DNA of 64,000 bases, taken from an uncultured Gammaproteobacteria bacterium. Its GTDB lineage: Bacteria; Patescibacteriota; Patescibacteriia; Magasanikbacterales; UBA10003. The DNA is taken from contig CAYIOJ010000001.1 in the NCBI GenBank assembly GCA_964365025.1, forward strand, positions 42,475 through 106,474. Direction: 5' to 3'. Position 1 is the first letter of the stretch. Each line of letters starts with the position of its first letter. Shown piece after piece: positions 27,937 through 38,754 of the stretch. Under the pieces are notes generated by a model. It ran no database searches and was not told the DNA's origin. It saw nothing but the letters and a program-made list of their open reading frames with translations. Both the position numbers and the translations under genes were made by a program.

Positions 27937-29472
27937 TTATTTTAACAAAGCGCCGATCGATTTTAAAAATATTGAAGCGTCAATTGCCGATTTGTTGCCA
28001 ACTATCTGCACTTTAAAAGCGCCGGCCAAATTACCGATAAAACCAACTAAATCCATGGGGAACCCGGCGGCTACGCAAGGCGAAGTAACGGCTAGAAAAG
28101 CATCACCGGCGCCAATACGATCTACCACTTTATTTGATAGCACCGGCGCGTAAGAAAATCCTTCACGGGCGCAATAAGACATCGAACCGCGGTGACCCAA
28201 GGTAACAATCGCCTTTTCCGTTTGCGATTTGGCCACCACTTCTTTAATTAAATCTTCGACCGGCGAAAATTTTTGATGAGTCGCCAATCTAAGCTCCTGC
28301 ACATCAAGGCAGATATAATCGGCGCGCGGATATTTGGTAATTAAATTGAATCCATAATTAGCGCTGTTAGTTTGAGTGTTAACTGCCAAAAATTTGGCTT
28401 TTTGACATATTAAGTCAATTAAATCCTGATCAAGGAAACCGTGCGCATAATCCAATACTATCACTAAATCATATTCAGGAACAGCGTTGGACAAATAATT
28501 TTTAATCTGGTCGCGCACCGCCGGTGGCAAACTGCTATCGTCAAAATAATAAATTTCAAATAATTTATTCAAAAAGGCCGCATCCACAAATCGCCGCTTA
28601 ACAATACTGCATGTATCGTCGCGGTAAAAAAATTTAGTACCGATGTTTGGCTTCAAACTTCTGGCGATAAAATCGATTTTAGAATCCTTGCTGCCAAGAC
28701 AAGTAACCAAATGAACATCGTCGCAAAAACCGGCCAAATGATTAACTAGAGCCAAAGCGCCACCGGCGTAAGCCTCTTCATTGAGGTATTTCATCACCAC
28801 CAAATTCTCTTTGCCGGCTTTGCCCAAGGGCGAACAAAAATGATATTCATCAATCACCGCTTCGCCAACCACCAAAACTTTCATTTTTTTCAATTGCTGG
28901 AATCTTTGTTTAATTTCGTCAATGGAATACTTTTCTTTTATTTTCTGTAAAAAAACGCGCACCGGTTCCGGATATATATTAAAATGGCTGTTAAGCAAAT
29001 TGGAAGAACTGAAAGTAATTTCTTCGGTAAAATAAATTTCTCCGCCGACTGATTTTATTGCTTCATTTTCTTTGTATAAGCCCCTGGTCGGATCATTGAG
29101 ACCAACGCGATATTCGCGGTCTTTGACGTAAAAATTCGGTTTTAATTTCTTGATGGCCTCTACCGCGTTGGGCCACTGATTTATAGCGATGTAATCCACA
29201 CAGGCCAAAGAAGCAATGGTCTCGGCGCGCAAATCCGCGGTAAAAACCGGGCGTCCCGGTCCTTTATTCACATATTGATCCTGGGTGATAGTCACCACCA
29301 AAACATCAGCTGCTTTTTTAGCCGCTTCCAAATGCTTAATATGTCCCAAATGCATTAAATCAAAAACACCGTGGCAATGGGCAACGGTTTTGCCTTCGGC
29401 CTTTAAATTCTGGATAACTTCCGCCAGCTCATCCAAAGTTTTAATCTTGCTGTTGACCATAATGAGTAACAT
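27937..29472 (-). CDS. Bifunctional nucleotidyltransferase (RfaE domain II-like, N-terminal) / PfkB kinase (RfaE domain I-like, C-terminal)
   Basis: HGVFDLMHLGH, NKGPGRP, SSS in the N-terminal domain; DEY, DYAHG, DRIGAGDAF in the C-terminal domain. Confidence 0.85.
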   Translation of the reverse strand: MLLIMVNSKIKTLDELAEVIQNLKAEGKTVAHCHGVFDLMHLGHIKHLEAAKKAADVLVVTITQDQYVNKGPGRPVFTADLRAETIASLACVDYIAINQWPNAVEAIKKLKPNFYVKDREYRVGLNDPTRGLYKENEAIKSVGGEIYFTEEITFSSSNLLNSHFNIYPEPVRVFLQKIKEKYSIDEIKQRFQQLKKMKVLVVGEAVIDEYHFCSPLGKAGKENLVVMKYLNEEAYAGGALALVNHLAGFCDDVHLVTCLGSKDSKIDFIARSLKPNIGTKFFYRDDTCSIVKRRFVDAAFLNKLFEIYYFDDSSLPPAVRDQIKNYLSNAVPEYDLVIVLDYAHGFLDQDLIDLICQKAKFLAVNTQTNSANYGFNLITKYPRADYICLDVQELRLATHQKFSPVEDLIKEVVAKSQTEKAIVTLGHRGSMSYCAREGFSYAPVLSNKVVDRIGAGDAFLAVTSPCVAAGFPMDLVGFIGNLAGAFKVQIVGNKSAIDASIFLKSIGALLK

Positions 29473-29486
29473 CTACGAATAAACTG

Positions 29487-29515
29487 ATATTAGCAAATTC
29501 ACCTCTGCCGGTCAA
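29487..29515 (-). promoter_or_regulatory. Sigma70-type promoter for the heptose/B12-rSAM unit
   Basis: Minus strand TTGACC-17 bp-TAATAT with extended TG. Confidence 0.6.
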
Positions 29516-29519
29516 GAGG

Positions 29520-32072
29520 CTATTTGGAGTTAAAGAATAGTCTTATCAAAGATAAATAGCTTTGTTGCCACAAGCTGGGATAATAAAATTCAATCTCGTT
29601 TTTACCCGGAGGAACTAAAACCGCCTGATAAACATAATTAGCGGAATATAATGGCGCCGGTTGGCCATTTACCTTTGCCCGCCAAAACGGCTCTTTGGTC
29701 TCGCTAAAAACCAACCAACGATAATTCTTAGTATCTGTACCCAATTTTAGATAACCATTGGCATATTCTTTCATATCAATTTTATCTTTCTCGTAAAACT
29801 TGCTGACCGAACTTAGAGCCAAATCACTATAGCTGGAAGCCTCAATTAATGTCAACTTCTGAAAATCATCAATTTTTTTAAATTCTTCAAAAACCGCTTC
29901 GTCACCCTTGGCTTCGGTCAACTTTACTTCTTTGGCAAAATACCATCTTGGTTGAAAAAATGGATTTTCATAAACATATATGGGCACTCGATTGTCCAGC
30001 GTCCAACTGGTAAAAATTGGCTGGCCGCGTTGGGGTAATTCAAAAAGCGATGTGACATATTTAACATTTAACATGCCTAAAAATTTCCAACTGGAAGTGG
30101 TGGAAAATTCATTTAAGAATTCGGAAAAAGGCATGTCCTGAAGTTTAATATCCTTAAACTCCGGTTGGCGCCGCGCCAAAGTTCGGACTTTGGGCCAACG
30201 TCCCCAGACCAACGGCTCGCCATTAAAAACCGCGTCAAAATCATACATAATGGTACGATTATGCGAGACCAACTCTCTTCTAAACCAATGTTGATTTTGA
30301 AAATCCTGGAAATTAATATCCCGATATTTGTCTGCCAATTCGGCAAAATATTGGTCTGGCGTATAGACAAATAAACGATATGGCGTTAAATTTGATTGTC
30401 CCGAATACAGCGGCAATTTGGTGGAAGAATAATCATTTATAGAATGTAAAAATTTGGCGGTTTCCGGCAATTCGGTAAAATAACGCTTCTCCGGACCGGT
30501 CACCTTGCCGCTCCATGGCAAAACCAAACCAAGAATAATCATTATTAAAACTGCCGTTTGTAACTTCTGCTGGCGTGTTTTAAACCAGGGAAAACAACCG
30601 AGGGTTAATACCACCGCCGACACAATCCACAAAATCAACATCAATAATACTTTGTCGTTTTTAAAAGAAAGCTCATCAACAAGCGAGCCAGCCATTTGAG
30701 AAACAATAAACTTATAATAATCCGGCGACCGTGGCAAAGAATGAGTGGCGGCCGCGCTATAACGCCCGCTACCGTATTGAATCAACCGTGTCTTTACTTC
30801 TATGTTATAGACAGTCAAAAAGACAGTCACTCCCAAAAACAAAGCCAAAAAGAACCACATTGGAACAAGAAAAAAAATACTTCGCCGACTTTGCCAAAAT
30901 TTCTTTAAAGCGTCAACACCAAACCCAGCCAACAAGGCCAAAGCAAAAACAGTTATAAACGACCATTTAAATTGCCACCGAAATTTTTCCATCAGCGGCA
31001 GTTTATGAACCAGCCAATAAACCGGCGAATTTGTAATGCTCACCAAAAGTGTAAACAAACCCAAACCGCCAAAGAATTTCGCGTAAGGACTTTTTAAGCC
31101 ACCAAAAAATATAGCAACCAATATCAAAAGCAAAGACATGACGCCGACAAACAAATCATAACTAACGCCCATTTGTATTGGTAAAAGCTGGCCATAAAAA
31201 ACCTCAATATGCGGATTGAACATTTGGATCAAATGAGCCAGGCCTGTCCCATAATTATTGTCGCCCACATCTAACGAGCCGGTTCGTGTAGACAAACTGA
31301 TAAAATAAAAAACCGGCAACAGCCAAGGCAATAAGACTAAAAAAGCGGAAAAAAAAGCTAAACCAACGGTAAAAATTTTTAAAGCAACTTCTTTCCATTT
31401 GAGCCGATGCGCAAAACAAAGGAAAATAAAAAAGAAACTTAAACAAAATAAAAAATAGATTGGTAACTCCGGCGAGCCGCCAATAAAGGAATACGCTGTC
31501 AATAAAAATAAAATGAAATACCATTTTTTTTGACCATTAAAAATCTTTAAAAGAGATAAAAAAAGCAACGGTATAACCGGGTAAAGTGTGGCCCAAACGG
31601 TTAATTCCGTGTATTTTACGACAATCCCGCTAAAACAGAAAGTCAGAGCGGAAACCAAAGAAGCTGAGCGAGACATCTGTAAGTTTCTTGCTAACCAATA
31701 AATTGAGGCCCCGCCCAAAAACAACAAAATAATATTCAGCCAGTGAAAAGCTAAAAAAACCGGCAAATATTTAAAAACCAACAAAAAAATAGGATTTAAA
31801 AAACCATTCCCGGTTAAAGTGCTGGGATAGCCGGAATCAAATTGCGCCCACCAATTGGGCAATATGCCCAAATTAGCAATAAAATATTTTATACCGTAAG
31901 AAAAAAATAATTGAATATGCCCAACTCCGTCGCCTCGAAAAGATACTTGACCAATCAAAATCGGCCAGTACACAAAGGCGAGGCTAATCAACAACAAAAT
32001 CAAAGCTAAAACAGTTCTAAACCATTCCAACCTAAACGCTTTTCCTAAAAATTTGGTGACAAAAGGCAACAT
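29520..32072 (-). CDS. YfhO-family membrane glycosyltransferase (GT-C)
   Basis: Multi-TM N-terminal half with GD..., W...GYP, R; C-terminal LVFSE..PFWRAKVNG...ANY..QAV.VP.G...IEF.Y.P domain typical of YfhO proteins. Confidence 0.8.
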   Translation of the reverse strand: MLPFVTKFLGKAFRLEWFRTVLALILLLISLAFVYWPILIGQVSFRGDGVGHIQLFFSYGIKYFIANLGILPNWWAQFDSGYPSTLTGNGFLNPIFLLVFKYLPVFLAFHWLNIILLFLGGASIYWLARNLQMSRSASLVSALTFCFSGIVVKYTELTVWATLYPVIPLLFLSLLKIFNGQKKWYFILFLLTAYSFIGGSPELPIYFLFCLSFFFIFLCFAHRLKWKEVALKIFTVGLAFFSAFLVLLPWLLPVFYFISLSTRTGSLDVGDNNYGTGLAHLIQMFNPHIEVFYGQLLPIQMGVSYDLFVGVMSLLLILVAIFFGGLKSPYAKFFGGLGLFTLLVSITNSPVYWLVHKLPLMEKFRWQFKWSFITVFALALLAGFGVDALKKFWQSRRSIFFLVPMWFFLALFLGVTVFLTVYNIEVKTRLIQYGSGRYSAAATHSLPRSPDYYKFIVSQMAGSLVDELSFKNDKVLLMLILWIVSAVVLTLGCFPWFKTRQQKLQTAVLIMIILGLVLPWSGKVTGPEKRYFTELPETAKFLHSINDYSSTKLPLYSGQSNLTPYRLFVYTPDQYFAELADKYRDINFQDFQNQHWFRRELVSHNRTIMYDFDAVFNGEPLVWGRWPKVRTLARRQPEFKDIKLQDMPFSEFLNEFSTTSSWKFLGMLNVKYVTSLFELPQRGQPIFTSWTLDNRVPIYVYENPFFQPRWYFAKEVKLTEAKGDEAVFEEFKKIDDFQKLTLIEASSYSDLALSSVSKFYEKDKIDMKEYANGYLKLGTDTKNYRWLVFSETKEPFWRAKVNGQPAPLYSANYVYQAVLVPPGKNEIEFYYPSLWQQSYLSLIRLFFNSK

Positions 32073-32084
32073 AACAATGTTTAA

Positions 32085-33068
32085 TTAAGATAAATTTTTA
32101 AACCACTCATTAGTGGCCTCGGCAATCGTCGCCGGCGTCCAAACCGGCGCCTGTTGCCAATAATCAATATCATCCAACAAAATCTTGATTCCCTCCTCCA
32201 AACTTACCTGTGGCTTCCAGCCAAGCATTTTTATAATTTTGTTGATATCGGCGTGCGTGCAATCCGGTTCACCTGGACGTTTGGGAATATGAACGACTTC
32301 ACCGACTAGCAAATTAACAATTTCGTTAATGCTGCGAGGATGGCCGGTGCCAACATTAAATGCTTCACCGGTTATATCTGATTCCGCGGCCTTAATAAAG
32401 GCCTTGGCCACATCGGTGACAAAGGTAAAATCGCGGGCCTGACTGCCGTCGCCCACCACTGTAAAAGGATGCCCGTGTATTTTTTGTGCCAAAAAAACAC
32501 CAAAGACAGCGCCGTAAGTGCCGGAAGTTCGTGAACGCGGTCCGTAAACATTAAAAAGACGCATGGCCACTAATGGCATTTTATAAACCTTTGACCAGTG
32601 TAACGCACTCTGCTCGCCCAGCCATTTAGTCAAAGCGTAAGGATATTGCGGCCGAATTTCTGCCGTTTCCGCTGTCGGATAATAATCCGGAATGCCATAA
32701 CAAGAAGACGAAGCGGTGTAAATGAAACGTTTGACATTAGCCAAACGAGAGGCCTCCAAAACCATGGCTGTGCCATTGACATTGGAATCAAAATATTTTA
32801 TAGGCTCAGTAATTGATGGAACAATATCAGCCAAAGCGGCCAAGTGAAATACCCAATCAATGCCTTCAAAATACTGCTTAATTTTTTCTAAATTAGTTAT
32901 ATCAATTTGAACCAATCTTAAATCGTTATTGCCTCTAAGATGGGTCAAATTTTCCTGGCGGCCTGTAGAAAAATTATCCAAAACTATTACTGAATGGCCG
33001 TCAGCTAGGAGTTGGGTAACTAGATGGCTGCCAATAAAACCGGCACCACCTGTAACCAAAGTTCTCAT
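32085..33068 (-). CDS. NAD-dependent nucleotide-sugar epimerase/dehydratase
   Basis: [37 protein letters not shown]. Confidence 0.9.
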   Translation of the reverse strand: MRTLVTGGAGFIGSHLVTQLLADGHSVIVLDNFSTGRQENLTHLRGNNDLRLVQIDITNLEKIKQYFEGIDWVFHLAALADIVPSITEPIKYFDSNVNGTAMVLEASRLANVKRFIYTASSSCYGIPDYYPTAETAEIRPQYPYALTKWLGEQSALHWSKVYKMPLVAMRLFNVYGPRSRTSGTYGAVFGVFLAQKIHGHPFTVVGDGSQARDFTFVTDVAKAFIKAAESDITGEAFNVGTGHPRSINEIVNLLVGEVVHIPKRPGEPDCTHADINKIIKMLGWKPQVSLEEGIKILLDDIDYWQQAPVWTPATIAEATNEWFKNLS

Positions 33069-34168
33069 ATAATAAAATCTTTAATTTTTTTAACTCGGCT
33101 ATTCCAACTGTAATCAGCAGAAGCCGTCTGACTGTTTTTTGCTATTTTATCAGCTAACTCTTTATTTTTCAATACCACCTCAATGCCACGGGCTAAATCA
33201 GCCGGATCGTCCGGCCGAACCAAGACGGCATTTTGCTCATTTAAAATTTCTCTAATTGACGGTAAATCCGAGGCGACAATGGGAACGCCGGAGGCCATAT
33301 ATTCAAATAATTTCATCGGCGAAGTGTAATGACTGGAAATTTTTTCCGCGGCGCTGTTGGGCAAAACTAGAACATCAGCGGCTTTAAGCCAATAAGGAAT
33401 TTCGGCGTGAGGACGATGGCCGATGATCTGGATATTAGATATTGAATATTGGGTATCGGCTCTAAACGACTTTAAATCTTCTTTTGTTCCGCCGACAAAC
33501 ACAAATGAAATATCTTGAAAATTACGCGCTGCTTGAAGCAAGATGCGCACTCCTTTCCATTTATAAAGATGTCCGGTATAAAGAACAATATTTTTATTAA
33601 GCGGCAAACTAAACTTTTTGCGACAATATTCTTTGGTTTCTTTGATATCAAATTTTTTTACATCTACACCATCAGCCGCCACAGATATCCGATTTTCCAA
33701 CAAATTTGCCTCTTTGACTAATCTGGCTTTTAAAAATGAAGTTAGAACAATAATTTTTTGTGCTTTTCGATATATAAAACCATACAATCGGTCCGGTAAA
33801 GAATGAACCTCGACAATGGCCTTGCTAAAAAACAAAAACGCGGCAATTTCGCGAGTATATAAAATATCATAATGCCTGAACCAAAGATAAAATTTGGCCG
33901 CTAATAAAAATGTTATTGATTCAATCCAAAAACCAAAAATACCAAATTTTAAAAAAATCAAATCTAAGCATGGTAATCTTTTAATTTTAAATACTGGCGC
34001 AATGCCATAATATCCAAACGGATCGTCTTTAATATAATTCAACCGCCGCGGCACCACCAGTTCAACTTCTAGTCCGCTTTTACTAAAGGCCTGACACATT
34101 TCCATTATCTGTAAACCATGGGCCTTTTCGGTGGGCAGACGAACATTGGCAATATAAACCATTTTCAT
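33065..34168 (-). CDS. GT4 glycosyltransferase
   Basis: KAHGLQI, YTGHLYKWKG, SPMKLFEYMASG.PIVASD. Confidence 0.9.
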   Translation of the reverse strand: MKMVYIANVRLPTEKAHGLQIMEMCQAFSKSGLEVELVVPRRLNYIKDDPFGYYGIAPVFKIKRLPCLDLIFLKFGIFGFWIESITFLLAAKFYLWFRHYDILYTREIAAFLFFSKAIVEVHSLPDRLYGFIYRKAQKIIVLTSFLKARLVKEANLLENRISVAADGVDVKKFDIKETKEYCRKKFSLPLNKNIVLYTGHLYKWKGVRILLQAARNFQDISFVFVGGTKEDLKSFRADTQYSISNIQIIGHRPHAEIPYWLKAADVLVLPNSAAEKISSHYTSPMKLFEYMASGVPIVASDLPSIREILNEQNAVLVRPDDPADLARGIEVVLKNKELADKIAKNSQTASADYSWNSRVKKIKDFII

Positions 34169-34830
34169 AATTTAGTCGCGACAAAAAATAAACCAAGAGC
34201 AAATTTTTCTTTTAACAAAGTAGGACGGACTCTAAATAAAAAATTGTCTAAAAAATATGCCAGTGGACACAAAAACATTTTTATGACACGGGGCAACGCC
34301 AACTCTAGCTGTGAAAAGGCCGAAATAAAAGGACCTTTTCCCAAAATTCTGATTTGTGGACAATTTAATCCATTTTCTATAAAAATTTTCTTAAGTGCCT
34401 CACTAGTATATCTGAAATAATCGTGTGGATCCGGATGATAACCCACCAAAAAAGGAACAGCGCCAAAAATTTTGCCATCCTTTTTAAGCGTCCGAACAAC
34501 CTCTTGAAGCAAATGATTATAATTGTAAATATGTTCGAGCAAATTAAACATCAACGCTTGATCAATACTCTGTGATTCATAAGGCAACGAATCTTTTTCA
34601 AAATCAAACGCAACGCTACTATTGGCGTGAGAAACGGAACATAAATCTAAAAAATCAATTTTAACCGAATCGGTCTTATTAAAAAATCGGTGATAACTTG
34701 CCTTATTGCTCCCACTGCCTAAATCTAAAACACGGCCATGGAGTTGAAGTTTTCCGCAAGCCTCATTCATCATTGTTCTATAAACATCTTTTCCACACCA
34801 CGCTTCTCGCCAATAAATAAAAAAATTCAT
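34165..34830 (-). CDS. Class I SAM-dependent methyltransferase (type 11-like)
   Basis: VLDLGSG, NLLEH, VPF..YHPDPHDYFRYT. Confidence 0.85.
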   Translation of the reverse strand: MNFFIYWREAWCGKDVYRTMMNEACGKLQLHGRVLDLGSGSNKASYHRFFNKTDSVKIDFLDLCSVSHANSSVAFDFEKDSLPYESQSIDQALMFNLLEHIYNYNHLLQEVVRTLKKDGKIFGAVPFLVGYHPDPHDYFRYTSEALKKIFIENGLNCPQIRILGKGPFISAFSQLELALPRVIKMFLCPLAYFLDNFLFRVRPTLLKEKFALGLFFVATKL

Positions 34831-34834
34831 AAAA

Positions 34835-36694
34835 TTACTTAATAAATTTTTTATACCACAATCGCCACATCACCACTGCCCAAATTATATTCAAATTATA
34901 TTCGCTTCCATCCAGATGGCGATCCCATATTTGTTTTAATCCAATCGAATTTAAGAATAGGTCTCTTTGGTCAATAGAAAATAAAATTTCCTCAACAGGT
35001 TTTCTTAAGCCCCCGCGCAACCATTTAGCCATGGGTGTAAACCAACCACGTTTTTTCTGATTAAGCACATGGGGTGGCAAATATGGCCTTATCGCTTCAC
35101 GCCAAATGGCTTTACCTTGAAAGTCGCCGGGTTTATTCTTTAAAATATTTATTTTCCAACTGGTAGGGATTTTGGTGGACAATTCAACCAAACGATAATC
35201 CAAAATTGGTACCCGTTCCTCAAGTCCGTAAGCCATAGTCATCTTGTCCGTTCGCAAAAGAGATTCATCTACCAGCCAACTCTGGCGGTCAAGATTCATA
35301 AATTGTTTTTCAAAATCATCCGTCGGTCGCATCCCGTTAAAATATCTTTCATTAATATGCTGTAAAGCTAAATCCGGCTTGTAAACACCTTCATTTAAAA
35401 CTCGCTTTAAAAGACCATTTTTCTGGGCGAGAAAAGCCACCACTCTTTCCGCGCCTGGAGACAAATTTAATTTTTCTATCAATCCACCCTTACTCGCCGC
35501 TCCCAGTCCACACTTAACCAGATATTGCAACGCGGCCGGCATCTTCTGAAAAATAGAGGTAATATAACTATAATAATACCGCGGATAACCGCCGAACAAC
35601 TCATCTCCCCCATCGCCGCCCAAAACCACCGCCACCTTTTCTTTAGCCACTTTAGAAAGCAAAAAAATCGCCGCCGCGGTGGGGTTAAAATTGGGTTCAT
35701 CAAGATGCCAGACAATTTTTTCTAAATTATTTTTTATGTCATCCGTACCAATTGACAACTCGTGATGCTCGGTAGAATAAAATTCAGCCGTTTCCCTAGC
35801 CAGCAGAAAATCGGCATTAAATTTTTCCGGGTCTTGGCTGTCTTTAAATCCGACTGAAAAGGTCTTCACCTTGCCCTGATGGAACTCACTTACTGCCCCC
35901 AAGACAGCCGTGGAATCAAGCCCACCACTCAAATAAACTCCCACCGGCCGATCAGAAACTAGTTGCCGTTGCACGCTGTTTCTAAATAAATCTTTGATCT
36001 GAAATTTAGTGTCATCAAACGAAGTCAAATTGGAAAAATCACTCACTTCCCAATACTTTTTAATATCTAATTCGTTATTTTTACGTAAAACAGCGTAGCT
36101 GGCGGCCGGAATTTTTTTAATTGCAACAAACGGTGTGCGTGGCTCGGGAATATAAAGCAACTGAAAATATAAATTAAAAGAGTCCTCGTCCACTTCTCGC
36201 GAAACATTATGAGCTAAAATTCCTTTTATTTCCGAAGAAAAAATGAAACGACTACCATCATAATAATAATATAACGGCTTAATACCCATCCGATCTCTGG
36301 CTAAAAACAACTCTTGGTTGCGCGTGTCCCAAATGGCAAACGCAAAAATACCATTAAACTTTTTGACACACTCTTTACCATGCTCTAAATATGAATAAAG
36401 CATAACTTCCGTATCGCTCTCTGATTGAAATTTATATTTTTTTTCTAATTCTTTTTTTAACTCCTTAAAATTATAAATTTCTCCGTTAAAAACTATGGCA
36501 ACTTGCCTCTTGATGTCCCACATTGGCTGGCTGGCTCTAGGCGACAAATCGATGATTGAAAGACGATTGTGACCCAAAGAAATATTTTCACCCAACCAAA
36601 AATCAGTCTCATCCGGACCACGATGTCGCGTCAGCTGGTTCATCTTTACAATCAATTCCTGGTTTTTAAAATTAAATCCATTAATACCGCACAT
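34835..36694 (-). CDS. asnB: Asparagine synthase (glutamine-hydrolysing)-family amidotransferase, probably glycan amidation
   Basis: N-terminal MCGI, HRGPD, RLSIID, NGEIYN, RDRMGIKP, LSGGLDS, GDGGDELFGGY. Confidence 0.9.
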   Translation of the reverse strand: MCGINGFNFKNQELIVKMNQLTRHRGPDETDFWLGENISLGHNRLSIIDLSPRASQPMWDIKRQVAIVFNGEIYNFKELKKELEKKYKFQSESDTEVMLYSYLEHGKECVKKFNGIFAFAIWDTRNQELFLARDRMGIKPLYYYYDGSRFIFSSEIKGILAHNVSREVDEDSFNLYFQLLYIPEPRTPFVAIKKIPAASYAVLRKNNELDIKKYWEVSDFSNLTSFDDTKFQIKDLFRNSVQRQLVSDRPVGVYLSGGLDSTAVLGAVSEFHQGKVKTFSVGFKDSQDPEKFNADFLLARETAEFYSTEHHELSIGTDDIKNNLEKIVWHLDEPNFNPTAAAIFLLSKVAKEKVAVVLGGDGGDELFGGYPRYYYSYITSIFQKMPAALQYLVKCGLGAASKGGLIEKLNLSPGAERVVAFLAQKNGLLKRVLNEGVYKPDLALQHINERYFNGMRPTDDFEKQFMNLDRQSWLVDESLLRTDKMTMAYGLEERVPILDYRLVELSTKIPTSWKINILKNKPGDFQGKAIWREAIRPYLPPHVLNQKKRGWFTPMAKWLRGGLRKPVEEILFSIDQRDLFLNSIGLKQIWDRHLDGSEYNLNIIWAVVMWRLWYKKFIK

Positions 36695-36696
36695 AA

Positions 36697-38043
36697 TTAC
36701 AAAAACAAACTTAATCGCTCTTTAATCAACGGTAAAAAATAAGCCGCATCAAACAATGAAACAACCAGTAAAACAATGGCCACTATCTGTAAATATTTTT
36801 TAACCGTTTTCCTATCATCCAAAAGTCTACTTAAAAAATATCCGCCAAAAATAGCCAAAAAAGGATATATTTGAAAACGATAGCGTGATTGTACAACGGT
36901 CAAAAGCAGAGGGAGTGGCGCCAGCAAGGCAAAAACAATAAAATAATTGAACAAGACTTTTCGCTCTCGCGAAAGAGCAAATAACCCGCTATACCCGCTT
37001 ATAAAAAATACCGCACCCCAACCGAGCGAAGAGAGGACAAACACTAATTGCTTGATTCCGCTCTGATAAAACCAAAAACCCATTGGTCTAATCAAACTAA
37101 AAAATCTTATAATTCTCAAAAAAAATAGTTTAATGAAAACCAAAGGATAATTAAGCGCAAAAAATAAAAATTCTTGCGTCGCTCTTTCCTTAATTCCATT
37201 GAAACCTTGAAGCCTGACATATTCATCAAAAGGATTGAAACCGCCTGCAATCTGTCCGCCCCGGGCAACCAAAGTATTACCAATCCATAAATTAAAAGAG
37301 CCGGTTAAGGTCGTTAGAATAAATTGATGATAAACTAAATAGTTACGGATAGACCATGGAGTGAGAATGGCGATAAACGCGAACAAAAAGACGCTACCGT
37401 TTCGTATTTCTTTTTTAAAGACATAAAAAAATAAAATCGGCAGTAAAAACAAAATAACAGTCGGACGAGTCAAAACAGCCAAACCAGCAATCGCCCCTAA
37501 GAGCGCGCTTTGGTTAACCGATCTATTTTTAGAATTATAAATTCTAACAAAAACAAAAATAACAAGAGTAATAAAAAATAAATACAATGTTTCAGTCATA
37601 AGCATGGCGGAAATTTCAATCAAATCCGGGTGCAAACCAAAAAGCATGGCCGCCAAAAGTCCCGCTTTCTCATTTTCAAAAATTTTCCGCGCGATCAAAA
37701 ACAACAGCCAGGCAGTTAAAGCGTGCAATAAGGCCTGAATTACCCACACTGCTTCGTGGTGGTAACCAAAAATCTTATAAATGCCGGCTAAAAAAAATTC
37801 ATACGCCGGGCCAGCCCGCACAATGGCTGTGTCAGATTCATAACTGTTATTCCTATTTTCCCGATAACCAAATCCATCGGCTAAATTTATCGCGATCTGA
37901 TCGTAAGCCCTCGTATCAACTACTGGCCTAATGCGGTGGATAAAAGAATAAATTAGTGGAATCAAAAACGACAGAAGTATTGTCGCCACCAACACCCAAC
38001 GCAATGAAAAAATGTTTTTATTTCTTAAATTACACCAATCCAC
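36697..38043 (-). CDS. ArnT/GT39-like (PMT_2) membrane glycosyltransferase
   Basis: D...Y...A.NL, R.GP.Y, MTETL, LTRP, PWSIRN, RYR motifs; about 11 TM segments. Confidence 0.75.
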   Translation of the reverse strand: MDWCNLRNKNIFSLRWVLVATILLSFLIPLIYSFIHRIRPVVDTRAYDQIAINLADGFGYRENRNNSYESDTAIVRAGPAYEFFLAGIYKIFGYHHEAVWVIQALLHALTAWLLFLIARKIFENEKAGLLAAMLFGLHPDLIEISAMLMTETLYLFFITLVIFVFVRIYNSKNRSVNQSALLGAIAGLAVLTRPTVILFLLPILFFYVFKKEIRNGSVFLFAFIAILTPWSIRNYLVYHQFILTTLTGSFNLWIGNTLVARGGQIAGGFNPFDEYVRLQGFNGIKERATQEFLFFALNYPLVFIKLFFLRIIRFFSLIRPMGFWFYQSGIKQLVFVLSSLGWGAVFFISGYSGLFALSRERKVLFNYFIVFALLAPLPLLLTVVQSRYRFQIYPFLAIFGGYFLSRLLDDRKTVKKYLQIVAIVLLVVSLFDAAYFLPLIKERLSLFL

Positions 38044-38051
38044 ACTCTAAA

Positions 38052-38750
38052 TTAATCTAATAAATTAAACTTGATAATAGACCAGATGGCGCAAAAAGCG
38101 TCTCTGGCGCCTATTTTTTTACCCTCGGCGTAAGTTCGACCGTAATAAGAAATACCAACCTCATAGAGCCGCAACTTTTGTTGAGCGATGCGAGCTGTTA
38201 TCTCCGGCTCAATATTAAAACGATTGGCGCGCAGATACGGTAAAATTTTCTGCAAAGCTTCACGAGTAAATGCTTTATATCCTGTCTCCATATCCGTCAG
38301 GTTCAAATTAGTTAACATGTTAGAAAAAAAGGTCAAAAATTTATTAGCCACAGAATGCCAAAAAAACAAAACACGATGCGGACGGTCTCCCATAAATCTT
38401 GATCCATATACCACGTCAGCTTTTCCATCAAATAAGGGCTCCAACAACAGTGAATATTCTTTTGGATCATATTCTAAATCAGCGTCCTGCATGATAATAA
38501 AATCACCAGTGGCTAAAGAAAAACCTCGGCGCAAAGCCGCTCCCTTGCCAATGTTTTTATCCTGATAAACTATCTTATATTTATCACCCAGAATTTTTAA
38601 AATTTCACGGGTTCCATCTACAGAAAAATCGTCAACAATTATTATTTCTTTTTCTATTGATTCCAAATTCACCGATTCTACTTTTGAAATAATATTAAGA
38701 ATGGTGTTTTTCTCGTTGTAAACAGGGATTATGATTGATAATTTGGACAT
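38052..38750 (-). CDS. GT2 polyprenyl-phosphate glycosyltransferase (DPM-like)
   Basis: [47 protein letters not shown]...EGKK. Start reassigned to 38750. Confidence 0.9.
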   Translation of the reverse strand: MSKLSIIIPVYNEKNTILNIISKVESVNLESIEKEIIIVDDFSVDGTREILKILGDKYKIVYQDKNIGKGAALRRGFSLATGDFIIMQDADLEYDPKEYSLLLEPLFDGKADVVYGSRFMGDRPHRVLFFWHSVANKFLTFFSNMLTNLNLTDMETGYKAFTREALQKILPYLRANRFNIEPEITARIAQQKLRLYEVGISYYGRTYAEGKKIGARDAFCAIWSIIKFNLLD

Positions 38751-38754
38751 AAAA

